A stretch of 64,000 nt of DNA from Macrostomum lignano (lineage: Eukaryota). The position numbers and the translations under genes were made by a program. Location of the stretch: the NCBI GenBank assembly GCA_002269645.1, contig NIVC01001795.1, positions 1 through 64,000 of the forward strand, written 5' to 3'. Shown here in pieces: positions 49,601 to 61,269 of the stretch (the stretch's first letter is position 1; each line of letters starts with the position of its first letter). Below the pieces are notes generated by a model. The model made no database searches and was not told the DNA's origin. It saw only the letters and a list, made by a program, of their open reading frames with translations.

Positions 49601-52600
49601 AACACGGACACCAGACAGATAGAACACGGACACCAGACAGATAGAACACGGACACCAGACAGATAGAACACGGACACCAGACAGGTAGAACACGGACACC
49701 AGACAGATGGAATATACACCAGACAGATGGAATATAAACACCAGACAGATAGAACACGGACACCAGACAGATAGAACACGGACACCAGACAGATAGAACA
49801 CGGACACCAGACAGGTAGAACACGGACACCAGACAGATAGAACACGGACACCAGACAGATAGAACACGGACACCAGACAGATAGAACACGGACACCAGAC
49901 AGATAGAACACGGACACCAGACAGTAGAACACGGACACCAGACAGATAGAACACGGACACCAGACAGATAGAACACGGACACCAGACAGATAGAACACGG
50001 ACACCAGACAGATAGAACACGGACACCAGACAGATAGAACACGGACACCAGACAGATAGAACACGGACACCAGACAGATAGAACACGGACACCAGACAGA
50101 TAGAACACGGACACCAGACAGATAGAACACGGACACCAGACAGATAGAACACGGACACCAGACAGATAGAACACGGACACCAGACAGATAGAACACGGAC
50201 ACCAGACAGATAGAACACGGACACCAGACAGATAGAACACGGACACCAGACAGATAGAACACGGACACCAGACAGATAGAACACGGACACCAGACAGATA
50301 GAACACGGACACCAGACAGATAGAACACGGACACCAGACAGATAGAACACGGACACCAGACAGATAGAACACGGACACCAGACAGATAGAACACGGACAC
50401 CAGACAGATAGAACACGGACACCAGACAGATAGAACACGGACACCAGACAGATAGAACACGGACACCAGACAGATAGAACACGGACACCAGACAGATAGA
50501 ACACGGACACCAGACAGATAGAACACGGACACCAGACAGTATAAACACCAGACAGGTAGAACACGGACACCAGACAGATAGAACACGGACACCAGACAGA
50601 TGGAATATAAACACCAGACAGATAGAACACGGACACCAGACAGATAGAACACGGACACCAGACAGATGGAATATAAACACCAGACAGATAGAACACGGAC
50701 ACCAGACAGATAGAACACGGACACCAGACAGGTAGAACACGGACACCAGACAGATAGAACACGGACACCAGACAGATGGAATATAAACACCAGACAGATA
50801 GAACACGGACACCAGACAGATAGAACACGGACACCAGACAGATAGAACACGGACACCAGACAGATAGAACACGGACACCAGACAGATAGAACACGGACAC
50901 CAGACAGATAGAACACGGACACCAGACAGATAGAACACGGACACCAGACAGATGGAATATAAACACCAGACAGATAGAACACGGACACCAGACAGATAGA
51001 ACACGGACACCAGACAGATAGAACACGGACACCAGACAGATAGAACACGGACACCAGACAGATAGAACACGGACACCAGACAGATGAACACGGACACCAG
51101 ACAGATAGAACACGGACACCAGACAGATAGAACACGGACACCAGACAGATAGAACACGGACACCAGACAGATAGAACACGGACACCAGACAGATAGAACA
51201 CGGACACCAGACAGATAGAACACGGACACCAGACAGATAGAACACGGACACCAGACAGATAGAACACGGACACCAGACAGATAGAACACGGACACCAGAC
51301 AGATAGAACACGGACACCAGACAGATAGAACACGGACACCAGACAGATAGAACACGGACACCAGACAGATAGAACACGGACACCAGACAGATAGAACACG
51401 GACACCAGACAGATGGAATATACACCAGACAGATAGAACACGGACACCAGACAGATAGAACACGGACACCAGACAGATAGAACACGGACACCAGACAGAT
51501 GAATACACCAGACAGATAGAACACGGACACCAGACAGATAGAACACGGACACCAGACAGATGGAATATAAACACCAGACAGATAGAACACGGACACCAGA
51601 CAGATAGAACACGGACACCAGACAGATAGAACACGGACACCAGACAGATAGAACACGGACACCAGACAGATGAACATACACCAGACAGATAGAACACGGA
51701 CACCAGACAGATAGAACACGGACACCAGACAGATAGAACACGGACACCAGACAGATAGAACACGGACACCAGACAGATAGAACACGGACACCAGACAGAT
51801 AGAACACGGACACCAGACAGATAGAACACGGACACCAGACAGATAGAACACGGACACCAGACAGATAGAACACGGACACCAGACAGATAGAACACGGACA
51901 CCAGACAGATAGAACACGGACACCAGACAGATAGAACACGGACACCAGACAGATAGAACACGGACACCAGACAGATAGAACACGGACACCAGACAGATAG
52001 AACACGGACACCAGACAGATAGAACACGGACACCAGACAGATAGAACACGGACACCAGACAGATAGAACACGGACACCAGACAGATAGAACACGGACACC
52101 AGACAGATAGAACACGGACACCAGACAGATAGAACACGGACACCAGACAGATAGAACACGGACACCAGACAGATGAATATAACACCAGACAGATAGAACA
52201 CGGACACCAGACAGATAGAACACGGACACCAGACAGATAGAACACGGACACCAGACAGATAGAACACGGACACCAGACAGATAGAACACGGACACCAGAC
52301 AGGTAGAACACGGACACCAGACAGATAGAACACGGACACCAGACAGATGGAATATAAACACCAGACAGATAGAACACGGACACCAGACAGATAGAACACG
52401 GACACCAGACAGATAGAACACGGACACCAGACAGATAGAACACGGACACCAGACAGATAGAACACGGACACCAGACAGATAGAACACGGACACCAGACAG
52501 ATAGAACACGGACACCAGACAGATAGAACATACACCAGACAGATAGAACACGGACACCAGACAGATAGAACACGGACACCAGACAGATAGAACACGGACA

Positions 52601-54040
52601 CCAGACAGATAGAACACGGACACCAGACAGATAGAACACGGACACCAGACAGATGAACACGGACACCAGACAGATAGAACACGGACACCAGACAGATAGA
52701 ACACGGACACCAGACAGATAGAACACGGACACCAGACAGATAGAACACGGACACCAGACAGATAGAACACGGACACCAGACAGATAGAACACGGACACCA
52801 GACAGATAGAACACGGACACCAGACAGATAGAACACGGACACCAGACAGATAGAACACGGACACCAGACAGATAGAACACGGACACCAGACAGATAGAAC
52901 ACGGACACCAGACAGATAGAACACGGACACCAGACAGATAGAACACGGACACCAGACAGATAGAACACGGACACCAGACAGATAGAACACGGACACCAGA
53001 CAGATAGAACACGGACACCAGACAGATAGAACACGGACACCAGACAGATAGAACACGGACACCAGACAGATAGAACACGGACACCAGACAGATAGAACAC
53101 GGACACCAGACAGATAGAACACGGACACCAGACAGATAGAACACGGACACCAGACAGATAGAACACGGACACCAGACAGATAGAACACGGACACCAGACA
53201 GATAGAACACGGACACCAGACAGATAGAACACGGACACCAGACAGATAGAACACGGACACCAGACAGATAGAACACGGACACCAGACAGATAGAACACGG
53301 ACACCAGACAGATAGAACACGGACACCAGACAGATAGAACACGGACACCAGACAGATAGAACACGGACACCAGACAGATAGAACACGGACACCAGACAGA
53401 TAGAACACGGACACCAGACAGATAGAACACGGACACCAGACAGATAGAACACGGACACCAGACAGATAGAACACGGACACCAGACAGATAGAACACGGAC
53501 ACCAGACAGATAGAACACGGACACCAGACAGATAGAACACGGACACCAGACAGATAGAACACGGACACCAGACAGATAGAACACGGACACCAGACAGATA
53601 GAACACGGACACCAGACAGATAGAACACGGACACCAGACAGATAGAACACGGACACCAGACAGATAGAACACGGACACCAGACAGATAGAACACGGACAC
53701 CAGACAGATAGAACACGGACACCAGACAGATAGAACACGGACACCAGACAGATAGAACACGGACACCAGACAGATGGAATATAAACACCAGACAGATAGA
53801 ACACGGACACCAGACAGATGGAATATAAACACCAGACAGATAGAACACGGACACCAGACAGGTAGAACACGGACACCAGACAGATGGAATATAAACACCA
53901 GACAGATAGAACACGGACACCAGACAGGTAGAACACGGACACCAGACAGATAGAACACGGACACCAGACAGGTAGAACACGGACACCAGACAGATAGAAC
54001 ACGGACACCAGACAGATGGAATATAAACACCAGAAAGATA
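43609..54040 (+). repeat. 10.4-kb 22-bp satellite (AGAACACGGACACCAGACAGAT), ~475 copies
   Basis: Direct reading; variants ..ACAGGT.., ..ATGGAAC.., ..GGAATATAAAC..; the minus strand has no stop codons, hence the three ~3500-aa ORFs. Confidence 0.98.
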
Positions 54041-54431
54041 GCCTGAACCGTACGAGTTCATAAGTCAGTACTGCTGAGTAGTATGGTGTGCAGTTTTTGC
54101 CAATATTTTTCGAGTAAAATTTTAGTTCGCCTTTTAGTTTGTTCAGGTCGTTTATATTAATTCTCAAATATTTCGAAGAAGCCAACAGTTAATAATAAGA
54201 CGTGAGACACGAAACACGAAAAAGTTTCTTTAGCACGCCAGTACTGTACAAGGCACAGGTAAAATTAGTCTTAACCTCGGCAATTCAGATCAAGAGGGCG
54301 CACAAAAAACCAGGAAACAAATTCAGAAAGAAAATTCTGTGAAGCATTTCGTTTGCAAACAACTTTTCATTAGAAAAATATGCCTTGTTTCATACAAGAG
54401 AGAGAGATTAACAAGTAAGAAATGAACCATC

Positions 54432-54746
54432 AGAGTCGCAGGCAGGGAGGTTCAGGGGGGGGGGGCGGTGCTCCTTGAATAAATAGATAGGCTGGCAAAA
54501 ATATGACTCCCAAATGATCGCTGGTCTGGCGCCGTCTCCACAGTAGGTTTGGCGCTGCCCTCCCCTTCCCCTCCTCACAATGGCGCCCCCTCACGAAGGC
54601 GCCTCCTCACGAAGGCGCCCCCTGAAGAAGGCGCCCCCCTCATAAAGGCACCCCCTCACGAAGGCGCCCCCTCACGAAGGCGCCCCCCTCATGAAGGCGC
54701 CCCCCTCACGAAGGCGCCCCAATCAACAAGCCTGGCTACACCTCTC
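54432..54746. mobile_element. Possible MITE with imperfect TIRs and internal GAAGGCGCCCCCTCAC repeats
   Basis: Left AGAGTCGCAGGCAGG versus reverse complement of right CCTGGCTACACCTCT (11/15 match); about 8 internal 17-18-bp repeats at 54580-54720. Confidence 0.35.
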
Positions 54747-54910
54747 GATTTCAAAAAGCAATCCAATTCAATGATTAGGCAATGGCGGATGCGCCCAGTT
54801 GCATATTTAATTTAATGTGTTTTCTCTGAGCAACTTCACTGCTTTTTGAAGTTCCAATCAACCCCCACAATTAATCAGTCAGCCGCGGATGCAGTGAAGA
54901 ATGAATATCG

Positions 54911-57900
54911 CTATTGAATGTAGTTCGGATCTGCAGACAGTCTTTTTCTTCTGATCTCCGTCAGAAGCCATTCCGGAATACCACGAGTGATTTTCCCCAG
55001 TTTCTCGCTGAGAATGGCTTCAGTTTCGAGCTCCGAGCAGAACAGGATGGCCACTTGCAGTTCCTCCTGGTCCGCGTCCGCTCGCTCAGCCACATCCCGG
55101 ATCCACGCCTGAGCGCTAGAGTCACTGCAACATGAAAGCTCAAAGCGCAGAGCCCACAACAGAGCGTCAAAGTTCAGGTAGAAGCACCGAGTATAATTGC
55201 CGGCATTCTGAGGAAAGCACTCAGACAGAGCTCTAGTAAAGAATGACATTCGAGGCCTCAGTTCGAACTCAAAGCAGAACTTCCATGCGGAGTCCCGGCT
55301 CCTCAGGTGCCGCCACACGAACTCCGTAGTTGCCTCCGCTGCCGACCTCTCAGCGGACCAAGCGATGCCTCTGCTCACCGAGAGGCCTCTGGACTGACTC
55401 ACGATTCTCTCTGCAGTTCCTCGGTAGCCGAACTTCAGGCACGCCAGCGCTCTGAGAGCCTCCCGAGCTGAGCGGGCGCAGTCTGGCAGTCTGGCAATCA
55501 GCTCTGTGAGCGACTCTTGAGACTGCGGGCTGCAGTCACCATGGGAGAGACGCACCAGACACTCCCTCACCACATCGTAGATCTCATGGTACTGCAGACT
55601 GTTTGTGGACTGAGGCGGTGGAGACCTTGTGCTCAGATCTGGCAAGATTTGGAACGGATGGAAGTAGAATATTCCTGAGTCGCTCACGGGTCTCAGACTG
55701 CTCATGAACTGCTGCAGCAGCTGAGGCAGCCGATCAATCACTGTTCTCAGTGTGCTCGCGATGCTGCCCAGAGTCTGGTCCATGCTTTCACCCTTCTGGC
55801 CGACGCCCTTGAGGTACACAGCGACGTCGCTCAGGAAGAAGTGCTCCATGATCCGGCCGTGAGCATTGTCGGGCGAGCGACTGCTCTCCACACAGTCAAG
55901 CAGAATCTGCAGCGACCTCCTCACGTTCTCCGGCTTCCACTGCTCGACCGGCGTCTCCTCCACCATTCGGAACGTGATAGTCTTTGCGTGGTACGGCTTG
56001 AGGCCTTGCTGGTTGAAGCCGTCCTTGCTGCAGATGACCTTCTTGACCAGGTACTTGAGAGTGACGAACAGCTGGCCTTGGAGAGTAGTGAGACTTCTGA
56101 GCATCCGCTTCTCCAGGAAGCTGGTGCTCACACGGAGCTCCTGGCCTCCTCGACCAGGAGAGGCTGCGTGCACCACATGACAGGGCGTTGAGTCAGATTC
56201 GACATCCTGTTGAAGAATCCTAAGAACAGACTTCGGGATTTTTGATTTTAAGAAACGATGAAATCGAAGTGGCTCGATAGGCGGGTATCGGCAGAGCCGG
56301 CTAGCACTAACTTTGTCCACCGCGGGCCTCAGTGCAGATCCGTTAATCGGAAACGCGGGATTCGATGCTGCGGGTTGAAATGTAAAACTGGGACAGGTGC
56401 TTAGTAAATAGAGGACTGAAATGTGTAGAGAAGTGGACTGGATTGCTCTGTTTAGTACGTCTGAGTCAGTTCAAAGGAGTATGCAGTGTCCGAGGTTAAA
56501 GATTGGCAAAATACTCAGGCAAGAAGCCAAAAAAGTTGCTTACTGAACCCGGGGCACTGAATGTGGCCGTTGCTCAGTTCGTGCCTGTCTGGATCCCCGC
56601 TGCACTCGCACAGGCCGGTCGGGTGGTAGAGTTTCCCCGAAATCAGGTCCATCACATCGATGTCGGACTCGATGTCGGTTCTGCCATCCAGCGTGCTTAA
56701 ATTATTGCCCCAGCCTTCGGAGAAGCTGCCAACTACAAAGTACTGAGTGGCAGGCAGTCTTTTCTTCAATATTTCTTGCATTGTGTCGGCAACTGCGCTC
56801 TGCAGAGCAGCTCGATTGTCCGTGAATCCTGACCCAGTGAGCGCCGCGTACAGCCGCTGACTCAGCTCTGAGTCGTCGGTGACCAAAAGGCTAAAAACGA
56901 AAAATATGTTAAGAGTAGTAAGTAAACGGGCCACCCCGGCAACGAGCTGGCCTCTAAGCACAGGGAGAGGTGGGCCAACACCCCCGACTGCCGGCAATCC
57001 CGCGCGGCTGTCCCTGTCCTTCTTCCGCCCTGCGCAGGGCCCTGCTTCGACTCAACCACAGGGACATCAGGGCGGTGACCATGGCCCTCTCTGGTCATGG
57101 CTGTTTTGCCAGGCATCGTCAACTCCAGGGAAAAATCCGCAGTGGAGGGTCGAGAATGTGGAGCACATAATCTGTGAATGCCCCGCCTTTACTCAGGACA
57201 GGCTCACCCACATCGGCCCAAACCCGGACCTCTCCGACGTTTTCAGGCCCGAGAATCTCTGCCAGCTCGTCCGCTACCTAAGGGCTACCAGGCGAGCGAA
57301 AATCCACCTCCTGGACTCTCCGGAGGGGGACCGCGCTGCGGACACCGGCGCCACCGGAACTCCCTGCGCGACACCGCAGCACCAGCTGCCCGTGGTCGCC
57401 AGGGGTCAGCGAAATGGGCGGCAACGCCTCCTCGCTGTTTCCGGACGCACGAAGCCCCTGCAGCTAATTCAAGTAAAGTAGTAAGTAAAACAGTGGGTGT
57501 GATTTGGTGGCCCAATGAATTGCATTTGAATGAGCATTAATGGAACATAAGCGGTCAAGCATAAATTTGTATGGCAAGTACACAACTGTGTTCCTTAATG
57601 TATGACTTGCTATGCGAAAAATGACATGCAGTACATAAAAAAGTTTGACCTTACCCTGAATCCGTGTTAGGCAGTCCAGGCTGATGCGATGAAGCGCTGG
57701 CATCTGTTTCGCTACTGCAAATACTATTTATCGACTTTTTGAGCAGTCGTATCACTTGCTGATGACCGAACTGCGTGGCCATGCTCAGAGGAGAGGAGCC
57801 GCTGTTCGTCTGAAGATTGACGTCGGCGTTTGCCTTTATTAGGGATTTAACGACTTCGTAGTGTCCATTTTGTGACGCCATATAGACAGGTGACTCGCCA

Positions 57901-60678
57901 GTTTTGAGTGGAAGATTGACGTCAGCTTGCGCTTTAATAAGTACTTCAACAACTCCCCGATGACCTCCTTGAGACGCTATTGTTAGAGATGTACAGCCAT
58001 CATCTGTCTGGATGTTGACATCGGCGTGTGCCTTGATGAGCGAGTCGACAACTTTCTCGTGACCATTCTGTGATGCAATGTAGAGAGCTGAGGATCCCGA
58101 GTGCTTTTGATGATTGACATCAACTTGTGCCTTTATTAGCGAGTCCACTACCTGCTGATGACCGTTCTGTGACGCGATTATGAGAGGTGAGCAGCCATCT
58201 TTTAACTGTAGCTCGACGTCGGCTTTTGCTTCGATGAGGGAGTTCACGACTTGATAATGACCTTCCCCCGAGGCAAAGTAAACAGCAGTTTCGCCGGACC
58301 TGTGCTGAAGATTGACGTCAGCGTGTGCTTTAATGAGAGAATCCACTATTTTCTGATGACCGTTTAGTGCAGCCACACAAAGGGGTATCACGCCAGCAGT
58401 GAGTTGAAGATTGACATCAACATCTGCGTCGATGAGCAAGTCCAGAATTTCATGATGACCTTTCTGTGACGCAATGTAGAGGGGCGAGAAACAAGTTTTA
58501 TGTTTAATATTGACATCAGCTCGTGCCTTGATTAGTTGTCTCATTAACTGGGGAAAACATTTATCCGCTGCAATAAGGAGGGGCGGTGTACCATTTTTGT
58601 CTTTAAGATTGACATCAGCTTGTGCTCTAATGAGGGATATCGTGACTTGTTGATGGCGGTTGGCTGTCGCTGCATAAATTGCTGAGCAACCATCGATTTC
58701 TTGGAGGTCCACATCAGCGCCTGAGGCAATGAGTAAGTCAACGACTTTTCCATGACCTTTCTGAGCCGCAATGTAGAGAGGTAAAGAGCCGGTACTTGCT
58801 TGAATATTGACATCGGCTTGTGCTTTTACGAGCGACTTCACTACGTCTGTATGACCGTTCTGGGATGCGATGTAAGCCGCTGAGCATCCGTGCGCTTCTT
58901 GAAGATTGACATCCGCTCGAGCCTTTACAAGTATATCAACGACTCTCTGGTTGCCGTTCTGCGATGCGGCAATAAGAGGTGTGCAGCCGTTGTCTGCCTG
59001 AAGATTGACGTCAGCTTGTGCATAGGCTAACGAGTCCACGACGTGATGCATACCATTGATGGACGCAACGTAGAGAGGCGAGCTGCCATTGTTGTCTTTG
59101 AGATTGATGTCAGCTTGTGCCCTGACCAGTGATTCCACAACCCTCTTATTTCCATTTTTGATGCAAGAATAAGCGGTGTCTCGCCAGTTTTTGCTTGAAT
59201 ATTGACGTTGGCCTGCGCTTTGACGAGCAAGCCCGCCAAAAATAGATTTCCATTCATTGCGGCAATCGACAGAGGTGAGCAGCCGTTTTTTATCTGGGTA
59301 TCTACTGCGGCCTGGGCCTCAATGAGCAGTCTTACGACTTTCAAGCGATTGTTTTGTGACGCAACCAAAGAGGTGAAGAGATGTGAACTGTATCTTGAAG
59401 GTCGACATCGGCTTGTGCTCGAATGAGCAATTCCACAACTTCATGATGACTGTTTTGTGATGCGGTGTAGAGAGGTGACACGCCAGCTTTAATTGAAAGA
59501 TTGACGTCGGCCTGAGCTTTAATGAGCGAGTCTACGATCTGTTGATGACCCTCTTGCGAAGCCAAATAAATGGGTGAGCAGCCATTGGTTTTTTCTTGAA
59601 GATCGACATTGGCTTGTGCTTTGATGAGTAAGTCAACGACTTCTTTGTGACCGTTTAGTGACGCAATGTGCAGAGGTGACTCGCCAGTATCCAGTAGGAG
59701 ATTAACGTCGGCTCCTGCTTGAATCAAGTAGTCAGCGACTTCATGATACCCCTTTTCCGACGCAATGTAGAGAGACGAGCAACCTTGCAAAGTTCTTAAA
59801 TTTATTTCAACTAGTCCCGTGACTAGCGAGTTCACAACGAGCTGATTGCCCATAAATGAGGCGGCGTAGAGAGGTGAGGAGCCATCATTCGCTCGAAGGT
59901 TGACATCAGCTTTGGCTTTGATAAGCGAATCCACAACGCTGTGATGACCCTTTTGTGACGCAATGTAAATGGCTGAAAAGCCGTTTTTCGTGCGCAAATC
60001 GAGGTTGGCCTGAGCTTTGGTGAGTTGGTCCACAATTTGCTGACGACCTTCGTGTGACGCAGCGTAGAGAGGAGACTCCCCCGTGCCAGCTTGATGATCG
60101 ACATCGCTTTGTGCTTGAAGAAGTGCCTTCACGACGTTTTGATGACCATTCAGTGACGCAACCAGAAGAGGTGAGGCACCGTTCTTTGCTTGGAGATTGG
60201 CATCCGCCTGAGCTTTGAGTAGTAGTTCAACAACTTGAATATGACCGTTCTGTGACGCGATGTAGAGAGGTGAGGAACCGCTAACAACCTCTTGAAGATC
60301 AACCGAAGCCCGTGCTCTAATGAGACGCATTACTACTTTGCTATGACCGTTCTGCGCTGCGAAATAAAGAGGTGTCTCCCCAGTAACTCTTTGGATATTA
60401 ACGTCGGCTCCGGCAGCAATAAAGAGCTCTACAGCTGTTGGCTTGCCGAGACCGCAGGCCAGGTGCAGGGCTGTCAGCCTTAGGCCATTAATTTCTATTA
60501 ACCGTTCCACATTCGACGGATTCTGAAGGTATCGGTGGATGACTTGCTCCTCTTCAGTGTACAATCCCTCAACGATCTCCTTGTCGGTCACATCTTGGCT
60601 TCGAGCTTCTGCTGCGAAGCCAGCGGCCTGCATCAACACTGCAGCAATAGATGACAGAGCTCTCCACAGCAAACCCAT
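54911..60678 (-). CDS. Ankyrin-repeat (28x) plus Mab-21/cGAS-like nucleotidyltransferase (cGLR) fusion protein, ~1600 aa; two 1-nt frameshifts in this assembly
   Basis: Exons 60678-57655 (ANK; frameshifts at ~59368 and ~59157), 56890-56544 (GSFSEG...ESDIDVM), 56367-54911 ([42 protein letters not shown]). GG|C and A|CA junctions are phase-matched, with GTAAG donors. The start codon is tentative. Confidence 0.85.
56927..57476 (+). mobile_element. 5'-truncated LINE (ORF2 C-terminus) inserted in intron 1 of the ANK-cGLR gene, with 13-bp TSD
   Basis: AGTAGTAAGTAAA at 56914-56926 and 57477-57489; [14 protein letters not shown] and [15 protein letters not shown] resemble I/R1/Tad1-group ORF2 ends; frameshift removes the first CxxC. 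Confidence 0.85.
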
Positions 60679-61269
60679 GCTACCTTTAGCAGATTGTGAC
60701 ACTCGCTTGCAAGTGTGCTCTGGGAAAGGCTGACCAAATAAGTAGTGGGGTGAGAGAGTAGAAGCAAATATTTGCAATGGGTGATGCCAATGTCCAATGA
60801 ATGCACAGAAATAAAATGCCATATGTCCATGCTCCATAACCTATGGTGTACAATTAGCGTCTAAAGCAGTTGTGAGAGATAGAAGATAATAATTAGGGCC
60901 GATAGAACTAGTTGGAAGAAAGTTAAATAATGCTAACGGAGCGACCCAACCAGGTATGTACTGCTGTTCACCCCAGCGACAGAACTGAAAATTTCTTAAC
61001 TAAGTCTTTCACTTAACTAAGACTTTCTGTTTACGGAGATGTTGAGTAGTGGCACCGATAAGTTCTAGAATTGTTTCAATTCAAATTTGACCGGTAGAAA
61101 AAACTCTTCCGCAACAGGTGCATTCCTAGATTTTGCGTACTTTAGCCTGCGCTAAACACAATAAAATGTTAGCGTTTATTTCCAGCTGACTTAATTAGCA
61201 TTTAAAATGTAAGTCTAGGCAAAAATAAAAATGCATATCAAGTTGAAGTTCATCAGCTCTGAGCTACTG

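Noticed and set aside
43430-54185. Three ~3500-aa Cys/Val-rich ORFs on the minus strand
   Set aside because: All three frames give the same 22-aa cycle because the 22-bp unit lacks stops; isolated indels switch frames without consequence; no coding signature
60678-60837. Upstream ATG extension (MEHGHMAF...) of the ankyrin ORF
   Set aside because: Composition looks non-coding; ATG 60678 preferred, but this is not proven
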